The notes beneath the pieces were generated by a model. It was not told the DNA's origin. It ran no database searches and saw only the letters and a program-made list of their open reading frames with translations. A DNA stretch of 36,224 bases, taken from contig NC_068993.1 in the NCBI RefSeq assembly GCF_001194135.2, positions 13,167,380 to 13,203,603 on the forward strand, given 5' to 3'. Below are positions 1 to 12,208 of this stretch, one piece after another. The DNA is from Octopus bimaculoides (Eukaryota). Within the stretch, counting starts at the first letter, position 1; each line of letters opens with the position of its first letter. A program made the position numbers and the translations under genes.

Positions 1-48
<48 letters not shown>
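1..48. repeat. (AC)n microsatellite
   Basis: Perfect AC run from the window start. Confidence 0.98.
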
Positions 49-52
<4 letters not shown>

Positions 53-77
53 GTGCATGTGAGATCTTGAATGTGCG

Positions 78-200
78 TTGCTCTGTGATTAAGAATCTGA
101 CCTCACAATAATAGTGTTGTGCGCAGGTTCGATTCCTGTGTCGGATGGTGTGTTGTATTGTTGAACAAAATACTTTATTTCCAGTCTAGCCACGTTTTCC
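78..200 (+). mobile_element. Highly diverged tRNA-derived SINE head (family B-like)
   Basis: B-box GGTTCGATTCC at 126-136, then GTGTTGTATTGTTGAACAAAATACTTTATTT, which resembles GTTGTGTTTTGAGCAAAACACTTCATT in the minus-strand 9435-9654 copy. Confidence 0.45.
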
Positions 201-824
201 TCTGTATCTTTCCCGTCTTGGATATTATGCTGGAACAAGTGTAGAATCCCCAAGAGAATGGCTTTGACTGCTACCTAGGCACCTAAGGTAATTAGTAAAA
301 TCATGATGAAAACTATCAAATCATAGTCCCTGGCGTCTGGGGTCTATCCTTTTACAGTGTATGTATCCGTGCATACAGTTCATACCAGATTTTATCCACA
401 AAATACTACCTGCCATTTAAAAACCTCACACTATACGCTAAAAAAAAAAACACTTGCGGTCTGAAAGAAATCTTCTAATGAATAAGTACATTTTACGCAA
501 ACCGGAAGTTAAGTTCGGCCATGTTTTAATTTTAGTAGTGCTTGAACAACAAGTTGTTATCCTAGTTAGTCATTTACCATGAATAAGGCAAACATTCACA
601 TACAGATGGCTATACATAAGATCAATTCAGCTTATTCTATTAATAGATTTCTGTTTATCTATTTTGTCTTCTTCACTGACAGTCATTCTTCGTTTTATAC
701 CCCCTTTTTGCATACCCTATTTAAGTAAATATTTGCTTTTTTATGTTTTTCTTCATCATTTCACATTTAACACTTCGCTATAATACATTAATACAAATGC
801 GCATTAATCATACTCTAGCAATGC

Positions 825-827
<3 letters not shown>

Positions 828-860
<33 letters not shown>

Positions 861-911
861 GTACATACATATATATACATACATANNNNNNNNNNATATA
901 TATATATATAT
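828..911. repeat. (TA)n-rich tract with a 10-N gap (886-895)
   Basis: Direct reading. Confidence 0.95.
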
Positions 912-1049
912 AATGAGGCTTTGTGTGTATACATAACCATGTATATGCATATGTATGCGTGTTTATTTTTCTGTGTGTGTAAATATCTGATTTAAGATCA
1001 AAGTCTAGAGCCAAAACTGTATTTTTAAGCGATGTAACATTGCGCCAGA

Positions 1050-1091
1050 AGTAGCAGTAGTAGTAGCAGTAGTAGTAGCAGTAGTAGTAGC

Positions 1092-1150
<59 letters not shown>
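1050..1150. repeat. (AGT)n trinucleotide repeat with AGC interruptions
   Basis: About 33 AGT/AGC units. Confidence 0.97.
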
Positions 1151-1151
<1 letters not shown>

Positions 1152-2807
1152 TGTTGTGGCGGCGGCGGTGGCTGCTGCTGCTGCCGTGGTTTTTGGTGGT
1201 GGTTAGCAGAAATTACTGTTGTACTGATCTGCTGGTTTATATTTTCCTTCCTAGAAAGCTAAGCGTAAAAATCTTTGAATTTATATCGCTAATCCTTTAC
1301 TGCAGCGATCGCTTCATCTCGTTGTTGACGAACCTACACGTTATTTCAGCTACATGAACGCATCCGAGCATAATCTTATTCAAACTTGTACGGAATCGTT
1401 ATTTCAGAATGTATCAAGCATTTCTTCGATATCAAATGATAATGACGATGATGATGATGCATCAAATTAATAATGGAATCTTAGGAGATTTTACGGTTAG
1501 GCCAACCTGCAAGAAACATAGAGACAATGAATGCGATGATTGTTTAGTATCCCTAGCATCAGTTGGTCTCGCTTGGAATAGGGGAAGTAGTGGTTCCTTG
1601 GAAGGCTTGTCTGAGGACTCTTCCCTCAGGATCCACATAAGAACAGTGGGTTATGAAGATGGATGGAGAAATAGATAGCAGAGTTAGTGTATGCTTTGGG
1701 GTTTTTTTTTTCTCCCCCGTTATTTCAATCATATTTGAAATCTCTGCATGAATATATTTCTTTACCTGCTTCTAATATAAATACTACTGATTCACTTGCT
1801 AAAATTAAATGTCAAATGCCCTTCAAATCAAACCTTATCGACTTGAGAGCGGGAAGACACATTCAATAATGTAGCCATAGATATATCATGTGCATAGGGG
1901 AGGGAGAAAAAAAGCTATGATGGAATTATCATCACAGCTTGACAGGTTCTATCATAGATATACTTCATCAAACTGATCTAGGATGAAACAACAAAAACAA
2001 CAATAATGAACTGATTCATAGAAATACTTGTAAGGCTCAGAAAATTTCCACACGCATATCTAATAATGTGATTTATAAAAATACATCCTTTCATTCCTTA
2101 AATATATGTTTCAACTTTGCAATGTTCACGCACAATACAGAATACAATGGAATTTTTCGATTAGAGTGTACGTAATTGTGTAGCGGAGCGATTTGTGTTT
2201 ATTTAAATCAAATGCAGAGCGTAATTGAGAAAAATTACTTCATGCACAAAGCAGGAAACGTATTAGTGCAAACTTATTCTAGAGCAACAATAATTAGAAC
2301 GTTTTATAATATAGACTTGCAAATATATATTTGGCATTTGAAAGGGTATTAAATAAAACAAAACTATTTCCAAAGATTTCATTATATATATATGTATATT
2401 TCTTTCTTTTCTTTATTTTAAAAAGCGCTAAATATATACACTGCAACTGCCTCAAGTAATGTTCGGTTATTCAGACACTACCCGTCTTATTGGATACCGA
2501 GCAAAAGGAAGCATATGGTTAGACGGAAGGGTAAGGGTAAGTTTGATTAGAAAGCCACGTTCTGCATATGAACAGCATAGACTTAGAAGATCTGTGGACA
2601 CATTTGAGATATATATTTAACCTTGCACATTAAAGCTCATTCTTTGAAACACGTGGATAGTTGGCGATTTATTTCCTCTATCTTTTTGTTTCTGAAGAAG
2701 AGTTTTTTCTCGAAACGTAAAACACCCTTTCTTTCCTTCCCTGAGCGTCTTGCTAATACTTTGCATGTACCACGTCCTCGCGCTGTTGCTTTTCTCCGTT
2801 TTATGAT

Positions 2808-2943
<136 letters not shown>

Positions 2944-3369
2944 CCCTTTGGCATGCAGTTCTAAAACCTGTTCCTCACGCGATATACTATCTTTACGCGG
3001 CATACTATCTAGTATGTAGTAAGTAAAATGTTACATTTTGTACTTAAACAATTACTCTTGCTTCCTCTCTCCGCAGACTTGTTGCTTAAATCTTAGTGTA
3101 TAGCACGAAATAGAGAACACGCATTACCCACTCCCTCGTTATCAGTAAAGGTAATCACTAGTAGTATATTTCTATTGCTGGATCTGAATGAAGGGGCAGT
3201 GCTTTTGGCTTTCATGCATAGATGAATTTAACACCTTGAATGTTTCTCTTGAACCTTTGAAAGTAAACACCTATAGGAAGGTTATGAAAGGTGGAGTATT
3301 TAATTTGGACAGCCTCGAGGATTCTTACACAACAACGGTGATGACAAACAATAAACAGTAGATTAAAAT

Positions 3370-3450
3370 ATACTCCAGTTTTCAATAAGTATTTAAGTCA
3401 TCAACCATGAAAGGATGAATATCAAAGTTCAGCTGGGTAGTATTCAAACC
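3370..3450 (-). mobile_element. Old fragment of SINE family A
   Basis: TCATCAACCATGAAAGGATGAATATCAAAGTT resembles ATTGACTCCGAAAGGATGAAAGGCAAAGTC of the 13051-13264 copy. Confidence 0.35.
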
Positions 3451-3974
3451 CTTTAGTGGTATATACTTATCTATCAAGTCCAAATCTCTTTAAAGTACAT
3501 AACTTTCTCTTCCACTTCTCGAGACACATATAATCCTTTGTCCCTCAACTTTATTTTTTTATCACATTACCTCTCTAATTCTCTTTCTATGCTATAGAGC
3601 ATTGGTGTACTTTTTTCCACCACTACCTTCTTTTTTATGCTATCACGTACATTTTGGTTCGTACATCCTTGACAACATCCATTTTCTGTCTGTTTACCGG
3701 GATTTCTTACCTGCCCATCATTCTTGCAGCTCACTATTTGTTACCTCGCACTCCCTTCACTTTCCCACCAATCTATTGATGTATCCAAACCATCGCTTTT
3801 TACAATATTTTCTTTTCTTTTCCATTTATTTCAACCCAGCTAGTGCTTTCAAATCCAATATTTCTATAATATCGAGACATAATCGAAGGAGCAGATAGAA
3901 CCAACCAACGAAACAAGAAACTTTTTTTCATTTAGTCTTTTGTTACCTCTCTCTACATACAAACACTTAAGTAT

Positions 3975-4001
3975 GCGTACATACACAACACATATGCATG
4001 C

Positions 4002-4060
<59 letters not shown>

Positions 4061-4223
4061 GTATATATAATGTACATACACAACACATATGTATGCATAT
4101 AATATATACATACATATATATATTATATATATGTATGCATATAATATATACATACATATACATATATATATATTATATATATTTATATATATTATATATA
4201 TGTATATATATATATATTATATA

Positions 4224-4319
<96 letters not shown>

Positions 4320-4400
4320 GATGGATGTATAGATATAGGTGTAGATATAGCACAACACATATGGATGCATATAAATAATATACATACATATGTGTGTGTG
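3975..4400. repeat. (TA)n-dominated low-complexity tract with a recurring ~25-30 bp unit (CACAACACATATGYATGCATATAA-like) near 3985, 4080 and 4350
   Basis: Direct reading. Confidence 0.9.
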
Positions 4401-4994
4401 TTTACGTGTGTGCATGCATAACGTACATTTTTTAAATATCCTTTCGAATGTTTTAATTTCATTGTTCATATCCTAAACGGACTCTCTATATATATAGCAA
4501 CTAAGACTGCCTAATAAAATTGCTGCGTTTTCTTCCTAGAGGATAATCGAATATTGTTATTTTTTAGGTTTTATATTTGTTTTCATCGAGTTTCTTTTTA
4601 AATTATTTTTATCATCTTTATTTATTTCTGTACTTTTTGTTCCAATTATAATTGCTTGCAACTAATCTACGATCACGTGGACTAAGAATTAGCATAATTA
4701 ACGCAACCCCACCTTGCTTTATTTATTTATTTCATTTTTTTTTGTGTGCTATTGTTGTTGTGGTTGAAGTAGTATTGGGAGGGTTCATTTAACGAAAAAA
4801 TCCTTATTTGTATTATTTATTATTTATTTTTTTTTAGTTATCATATCTTATTTATGCATTTTTCTTGAAAATTAAATTTTTTAAATATATTTTTTTCATA
4901 TTTTTAATCTTCTTCATTTCACCAACATTTCTTATCTTCTTGGAACAGCACATTATTATTATCATTGCTGTTCTTGTTTTTCTTCTCTGTAATT

Positions 4995-5072
4995 ATTATA
5001 ATTATAATTATTATTATTATTATTATTATCGTTATTATTATTATTATTATTATTAGTAGTAGTAGTAGTAGA
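4995..5072. repeat. (TTA)n-(GTA)n compound repeat
   Basis: Direct reading. Confidence 0.93.
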
Positions 5073-5164
5073 ATGATCTTCATGTTATTATTCTTAATAT
5101 AATTATCAGCAGCAGCAGTAAAAATACTGTTTGTATTAGTTTTAAGGATATTAAAATTCGCCTC

Positions 5165-5335
5165 ACGTTCATCATCATCTTCATTATCATCTTCATTATC
5201 ATCCACACCATGATCATTAACATCATTGTCATCACCGGCTTCATCGTTGTCGATCTTATCCTTGTCATCGTCGCCATCATCTTCATCATTCTCATCAGCT
5301 TTCAACAATATCATTTGGATCATCATCACTATCAG
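5165..5335. repeat. Imperfect (CAT/CGT/CTT)n trinucleotide tract
   Basis: Period-3 degenerate repeat; gives the poly-D/N ORF 4919-5329. Confidence 0.85.
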
Positions 5336-5954
5336 CTACATAACTAAAATTATAACAATAGTCATTATCTTCTTCCGCCCCACCCAAAACTTAATCCGTA
5401 CTCTAAAAATTATGTTGTCTCAATACATATTTTCAAATTTTATTCCTTTTTACTCTCCAAGTCGCCATATTTTTTGAATCCTCATATTAACTCCTTTTTT
5501 CTTTACCCTTTTTTAAAGATGAACATAAAAAAAAGATGAGCAACATAACAACACAATTTAAATAAAACAAACAAAAAATAAAGCCTCCTGCTTGTAACAT
5601 GTGTTTATAATTTTCGTAATATATCTTTTTATTATCATTTTTTTATGTCAGTTTTTTATAAATTGTTATTCAAACTCAATATCATTGCAACTTTTCTATT
5701 TCTACATTGAAGGCGAATTAAAATGGTTGAATTTTAATTCGTTTAAAAATCATAGTTGTATATGTTTTGTCTGTTTTATGTCACTATCGTTTTTGTTTGT
5801 TTGTATGTTTTAGGTGAATGTATGGATGTGTGTGTTTGTTTCTTGTTTCCGATTTAGTTTGTTTGTTTTGTTGGTGATGGAAAAAAAAAATCCAATTTTT
5901 GTTTGTTTTTGCTTTTAAATATATGCTGTCATTGATGTTGAAGTAGTTATCATT

Positions 5955-6038
5955 GTCACAAGATGATGATGATGATCATGATAATGATGATTATCACCAT
6001 CATCACTTGTTATTGATAATAATGTTGATTTTTTAATA

Positions 6039-6087
<49 letters not shown>
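5955..6087. repeat. (GAT)n to (AAT)n tract, probably in part the expanded tail of the adjacent minus-strand SINE
   Basis: Runs directly into the SINE 3' end (CTCTTTCTAAC, compare ATCCTTTCTAC in other copies). Confidence 0.85.
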
Positions 6088-6088
<1 letters not shown>

Positions 6089-6290
6089 TCTTTCTAACAT
6101 TGACACAAAGCCAGGAATTTTGAGACAAGGTGATTAACCGAGTACATAGATCCCTGTACTTAGATGACAATTCTATATATTGTTTCAGCACCGAGAGAAA
6201 GCAAAGTTGACCTCGGCAGGATTTGAAATTAGAACGTAGAGAACCGGACGTAAAAACACAATGCATTTTTCGACGCTCTAAGAATTCTGT
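6085..6290 (-). mobile_element. Diverged tRNA-derived SINE, family A
   Basis: GCAAAGTTGACCTCGGCAGGATTTGAAATTAGAACGTA matches the family A core (reverse B-box); the tail-end motif is at 6085-6115. Confidence 0.7.
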
Positions 6291-6383
6291 CAGTCTTATA
6301 ACAATCTATTCACCATGAAGTGTCCCCTTCGAATTACTTAACATGCTTTTGTGCCAACATTATTATTATTATATATTATTATT

Positions 6384-6590
6384 GATGCGGAGAGCTGGCA
6401 AAATCGATAGCGCGCCAGGTTGAATTCTTAGCAGTACTTCGTCTGCTGCGAGGTTCTGAGTTCAAATTTGGCCGAGGTCAAATTGCTTTTCATCTTTCGA
6501 GGGTCGATAAATTAAGTACCAGTGAAACACTGGGGTCGATGAAATCGACTAGTCCTCTCTCCCAAAATTTCAGGTCCTGTGTCTGAAAGT
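6384..6590 (+). mobile_element. tRNA-derived SINE, family A (near full length)
   Basis: Head GCGGAGAGCTGGCAAAATCG, B-box GTTCTGAGTTCAAATT, body GGTCGATAAATTAAGTACCAG and CTGGGGTCGATGAAATCGACTAG, all colinear with the 12209 copy. Confidence 0.9.
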
Positions 6591-6745
6591 AAGGCGACGA
6601 GCTGGCAGAATCGCCGGGCAAAATACTTAGCGGCATTTCGTCTGTCTTCCGTCGAAGAAGACTTTGCCTTTCATCTTTTCGAGGTCAATAAATTAAGTGC
6701 CAGTCGAGCACTGGGATCGATAAATTAAGGACCAGTCGAACATGG
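6591..6745 (+). mobile_element. Second family A SINE in tandem, lacking the B-box segment, with a 3' internal duplication
   Basis: Starts AAGGCGACGAGCTGGCAGAATCG and jumps from TCTGTCTT to GACTTTGCCTTTCATC; ATAAATTAAG-CCAGTCGA occurs twice. Confidence 0.85.
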
Positions 6746-6912
6746 ATCCGGCTGGGGCGATGGCGCGTATTAATCAGTCACATGCCTCATGGTTACACCA
6801 GATGAGGAAACGACTGGGGCGTAGCACGTAGGATTGCTCAGGATGACCCGAGCAAATTCTGAAAAAAGTGGATGCAACAAAGCGCTGCAACGGCGTATGC
6901 CCCCATACCTGC
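6745..6912 (+). mobile_element. 3'-terminal remnant of an RTE-clade LINE ORF
   Basis: Translates, with frameshifts, to HASWLHQM (6781-6804) and KVDATKRCNGVCPHT (6865-6909), resembling the recalled RTE/Expander-type C-terminus GRPHASWLRQV...RRKVDAATRCSGVCPHT*. Locally GC-rich. Confidence 0.65.
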
Positions 6913-7151
6913 ACTCGGTGATATTGCAAAAATCTTAATACGTTACATTAAGTTGGTGTGAAAACTTTTCCGGGAAGTAAATGGAGATTATTTAAAATTA
7001 TCCCGGTCAATACAAATAGGATGGTGGAAGCGTCACCTTGGTAGGATTCCAGGAATCTGTGACACCTACCACTTTCTTTTCAGATCATCTTCTTTAAATT
7101 AGATTCTCCAAAATTGTCCTTGGCTAATTTTAGCCTTCGATTGATGATTTT

Positions 7152-7270
7152 CTGGCAGAATCGTTAAATTATTAGACAAGTACTTTCACGAAAATGGTCC
7201 GGTACTTTGAATTCTGAGTTCAAATCATGAAGAGGTCATATTTGTTCTTTCTTTCTTTGATAACGAAAAT
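7152..7270 (+). mobile_element. Old diverged family A SINE
   Basis: CTGGCAGAATCGTTA head and ATTCTGAGTTCAAATC...GAGGTC B-box region. Confidence 0.5.
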
Positions 7271-7446
7271 CAAACACTAGCCTCAATATCTCTCACTTTC
7301 TCTCCACCTCCCTATCTCTACTTCCACTCTCCCCGAACCTCTCACACATTCATGCACCTGCACACTTAATGATTGGGCTTTGCAGCTCTGTTATATGATT
7401 ATGAGAATCACTCTCAATGTAGCTTTCTGCCAAAGAATAGAATCGA

Positions 7447-7749
7447 TTAGAAGGTGCGAGGAAGCTCTTTTAATCTACGAGAATATCGGCCAATGTAACC
7501 ATTGAATCTTGTTAATGTGAACAGATCAAACGTTCTCTGTGGAATGAAAGGGTTTGTGAAGAAGCTTCGAGTTACTGGAACCGTGAAAGATTCCATGTAA
7601 TCAGAGGGATAACCCTTTAGCTTCCCATACACCTTTGAGATAATCTTCATCAGCAATCTGTCATCTAACGCAGCCCACGGATACTTTCCCAACTCCCTAT
7701 TCAGCATAGCAATTGACATTTCTTTTTTAAGGCCCTTATAGTATGCCGT
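7447..7749 (-). other. Unidentified non-repetitive open frame (100 codons, TAYYKGLKKEMSIAMLNRELGKYPWAALDD...ELPRTF*); possible decayed TE or viral coding remnant
   Basis: The only long ORF with complex, protein-like composition. No family recognised and no expression evidence. Confidence 0.25.
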
Positions 7750-8113
7750 TTAATGTTCTTATTTCAGATCAACATGAAGTTCAGTTATACTATAAGTATA
7801 GGCACCTCATTCAATCTTTCCTTATGCTTTCTTATTCCTTTCTGAATAGTTTTGACCCTCATCTATCTCCTGTTGCTATATCAAATCTATCGACTGGGAA
7901 GTAGTTATATGCATCAACAAGTCACTATTATACTCCAACCCTTTAGAGACGTATAGAACCCTTTTTTTTTGGTTTTAATTTTGGGAAAAATATCTACTGG
8001 CCCCTTACTGTTTCATGAAAAGGTTTCTTGCTAAAAGTTTATCAGGAAAAAAATAGGCGTTGCCTTTCACAACGCAGTTCCTAGCAAAAAGAATCAAATC
8101 GAATTTTTTATTA

Positions 8114-8117
<4 letters not shown>

Positions 8118-8194
<77 letters not shown>

Positions 8195-8235
8195 NNNNNN
8201 NNNNNNNNNNNNNNNNNNNNNNNNNNNNNNNNNNN

Positions 8236-8323
<88 letters not shown>

Positions 8324-8340
8324 GATAGATAGATAGATTA
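8118..8340. repeat. (TA)n(TG)n on both sides of a 41-N gap (8195-8235), then (TAGA)n
   Basis: Direct reading. Confidence 0.93.
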
Positions 8341-8469
8341 TATGTATGTATAAAAATGATCAACCATAGTTCAAATGTTTCCAAATCGATTCGCGTGCTC
8401 GCACACACACGAGCATCAATATATACGGGTATACATATATATATACGTGTAACCATATACACAGACTCA

Positions 8470-8514
<45 letters not shown>

Positions 8515-9434
8515 GCACACACACACACACACACACACAAATACAGGCAGACATATGCAGACATAAAAACGCGTGTTCGTGCGGCTGTAATTTAATTATG
8601 CATATATGAATGACGCGTCTTTTTGCCATAGACTGTGAGTTCTTTGATCTGGCTGAAGTGGAAAGGTAAATAAGGACTATTCACACATAATTACACACAA
8701 TAACAAACACGACCGTTAGAGGAAGTGGCATAGAAGGAACATAACATATATTAACTTACGTATGGTTGAGAGATCATCACAAGTAAAGAATTTGATGAGG
8801 TTGGTTTAACATTAATGATTTTTTAACAGCGACATTAGGCGGAAAACACTGAGGGCGACTTCACTCAATCGAATCGACCCAGAGTGACGACCATTGCTAC
8901 CAAAGGTCTAACTAATACGTCACATACTGTCATGTGTTATTGTCATAGTTCTCTCCCTTGAGCTATATGAGAATATATTTTGATAATGTTTTTTTTTCAA
9001 GTTTCTTCTTATGGCGTACATTTAGAAATTTAGCTTAGGTAAGTTTATTTTTCTGACTGTTTTAATCGATAGAGCTCGATAAGCAGACTTACACCAATAT
9101 ATTCAGATACGCGCGCGCACACGCACTCACGCGCACTCTCACATACGCATGCTTACAATCACAGACATCCACACAAGCAAACACACAAAACATGCATATG
9201 AAAAAACACGGTATCCATATAGTATCGAATATGGAAAATCACAAATTTATTCAACACATTGCGACAATTATATATATATATATNNNNNNNNNNNNNNNNN
9301 NNNNNNNNNNNNNNNNNNNNNNNNNNNNNNNNNNNNNNNNNNNNNNNNNNNNNNNNNNNNNNNNNNNNNNNNNNNNNNNNNNNNNNNNNNNNNNNNNNNN
9401 NNNNNNNNNNNNNNNNNNNNNNNNNNNNNNNNNN

Positions 9435-9649
9435 AATCACGTGACAGACCAGATTATCAGATGCTGTTACACACCGCTACTCATAATTCACTTTATATCG
9501 TAGAGCTACGGTCGACGTCACCCCGCTGGTGACTGGAGCAACGTGGAATGAAGTGTTTTGCTCAAAACACAACCCGCCGCCAGATCTGGGAATCGAATCC
9601 ACGGTCTAGAGATTGTAAGTGCAACAGCCTCACCACAAGGCCATGCGCC

Positions 9650-9654
<5 letters not shown>
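9435..9654 (-). mobile_element. tRNA-derived SINE, family B
   Basis: Minus strand reads GTGAAGGCGCATGGCCTTGTGGT (A-box region), GGATTCGATTCCC (B-box, 9588-9600) and GTTGTGTTTTGAGCAAAACACTTCATTCCACGTTGCTCCAGTC. The head matches 23929+. The 3' end is lost in the gap 9284-9434. Confidence 0.85.
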
Positions 9655-9687
<33 letters not shown>

Positions 9688-10379
9688 TATATTGTTGGTC
9701 AGAGGCTCAGAGCAGACCTTAAGAAGAGGTCTGAGAAATGATACTGAAACAGTGCGTGTGTTATTATCATTGGTGTAATGACCCTCCCAAGACAACAAGG
9801 TTTGTTTCAACACACACATTCACATCAAGAATCTTGTAATCCAAATACAAAAATAAAATATATGTATGTATGCATACTGAGAGAGAGATATATTCCATTT
9901 CCTAAATTTCTCTTATAAGGTTGTCGTCAACTCGATATTACAATAGAAGACACTTGTTCAGTAAACACTTTTCACAGAGAATGAAACCGCATTCAAGCAA
10001 TTGCCATGAAGACATCTCAAATACATGGCTATTCCAACGATTAAACACTATAACTTTGTTCTGAGCGTATAAAATGATGGTGAGAGAGCTGACATCAATG
10101 ATAACAGAATAAAGGAAAATCATAGTTGTCCATTTGAGCTAACTAGCAAGGCCCACCATTTAAACTTTCTACTATGAAAGATGACAGGGCACTTTGATTT
10201 GAAGATAAATATATATTCGTAATATATACATACGCATACTCAACAAAAATACGCTCGCACGCATACCCACATATATACATTTATGTTTATAGTATAGTAT
10301 ATAGTATACACTTGTTACGCATATACATAGGGATGTAGATATAAATATTGCTATATATCACAGATATGTATGTTCGTGT

Positions 10380-10688
10380 AATCGCCTATACATGTGAATG
10401 AATGTATGTGTTTGTGTGTGTATATATATATGTATGTATACACACACAAATATATATGTAAGCATATGTGTGTGAGTATATATGTGTGTGTGTATGTATG
10501 TATGTATGTATATGTGTGTGTGTATCTGTATATATATGTGTGTGTATGTGTATATATATATGTGTGTATGTATATATTATATACATATATATATATATAC
10601 ACACACATATATATACATATATATATATTATATGTATGAATAAGTATGTGAGTATATCATATATATATATATATATACATTATACATA

Positions 10689-10722
<34 letters not shown>

Positions 10723-10724
10723 TG

Positions 10725-10771
<47 letters not shown>

Positions 10772-10831
10772 GTATGTATATATATGTATGTATGTATATA
10801 TATGTATGTATGTATATATATGTATGTATGT
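10380..10831. repeat. (TA)/(TG)/(TATG)n low-complexity tract running into an 849-N gap
   Basis: Direct reading. Confidence 0.93.
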
Positions 10832-11680
10832 NNNNNNNNNNNNNNNNNNNNNNNNNNNNNNNNNNNNNNNNNNNNNNNNNNNNNNNNNNNNNNNNNNNNN
10901 NNNNNNNNNNNNNNNNNNNNNNNNNNNNNNNNNNNNNNNNNNNNNNNNNNNNNNNNNNNNNNNNNNNNNNNNNNNNNNNNNNNNNNNNNNNNNNNNNNNN
11001 NNNNNNNNNNNNNNNNNNNNNNNNNNNNNNNNNNNNNNNNNNNNNNNNNNNNNNNNNNNNNNNNNNNNNNNNNNNNNNNNNNNNNNNNNNNNNNNNNNNN
11101 NNNNNNNNNNNNNNNNNNNNNNNNNNNNNNNNNNNNNNNNNNNNNNNNNNNNNNNNNNNNNNNNNNNNNNNNNNNNNNNNNNNNNNNNNNNNNNNNNNNN
11201 NNNNNNNNNNNNNNNNNNNNNNNNNNNNNNNNNNNNNNNNNNNNNNNNNNNNNNNNNNNNNNNNNNNNNNNNNNNNNNNNNNNNNNNNNNNNNNNNNNNN
11301 NNNNNNNNNNNNNNNNNNNNNNNNNNNNNNNNNNNNNNNNNNNNNNNNNNNNNNNNNNNNNNNNNNNNNNNNNNNNNNNNNNNNNNNNNNNNNNNNNNNN
11401 NNNNNNNNNNNNNNNNNNNNNNNNNNNNNNNNNNNNNNNNNNNNNNNNNNNNNNNNNNNNNNNNNNNNNNNNNNNNNNNNNNNNNNNNNNNNNNNNNNNN
11501 NNNNNNNNNNNNNNNNNNNNNNNNNNNNNNNNNNNNNNNNNNNNNNNNNNNNNNNNNNNNNNNNNNNNNNNNNNNNNNNNNNNNNNNNNNNNNNNNNNNN
11601 NNNNNNNNNNNNNNNNNNNNNNNNNNNNNNNNNNNNNNNNNNNNNNNNNNNNNNNNNNNNNNNNNNNNNNNNNNNNNNNN
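10832..11680. other. Assembly gap (largest of 8; the others are 886-895, 8195-8235, 9284-9434, 21968-22351, 27368-27377, 28888-29117, 29600-29838)
   Basis: N runs. Confidence 0.99.
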
Positions 11681-11864
11681 ACAAAGAATATATATACATG
11701 TATACACACATATATGTACATACTTACATCTACATGTGTATATACATGCATATCAGGGTACAGGACGTTAGAACAATAAACTACAGACAACGGAACGAAC
11801 ACATAGGAAAACGGAAAGCCACTTGGAATATCCCTTCATCAGCTGTCTCTATTCTATCTAGACA

Positions 11865-11924
<60 letters not shown>

Positions 11925-12208
11925 CACGGACACACACAAGCACGCCTACATATACAGACAGCAATTTGTTGGTGGTTTCATCCGCAAACGTTGTAATTAT
12001 TTGTATAAATGCAAAATGTTTTTTCGGTATTCTGTTATGAGGGGACGAGATCCAAGAGCTCGGAAAAAAGGCACGAGCACGCGTGCTTATTTGTATGTGT
12101 GTATATGGGTGTGCATGCATGTGAAAGTATGTATATATGGAGGAGTGTATGCGCTGTGTAGTGTAGTCTAATTGATTTCATGCATCATTTGATGACTCAA
12201 TACCACTA

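Noticed and set aside
4919-5329. Acidic poly-D/N ORF
   Set aside because: It is the reverse strand of imperfect (CAT)n and (TTA)n repeats.
6085-6590. Head-to-head inverted family A pair ~95 bp apart as a dsRNA hairpin
   Set aside because: The 6085-6290 copy is too diverged for long perfect duplex runs; much weaker than the 12209/13051 pair.
6945-6975. CATTAAGTTGGTGTGAAAAC as a mariner-like TIR
   Set aside because: Only a partial resemblance, with no partner TIR or transposase remnant found.
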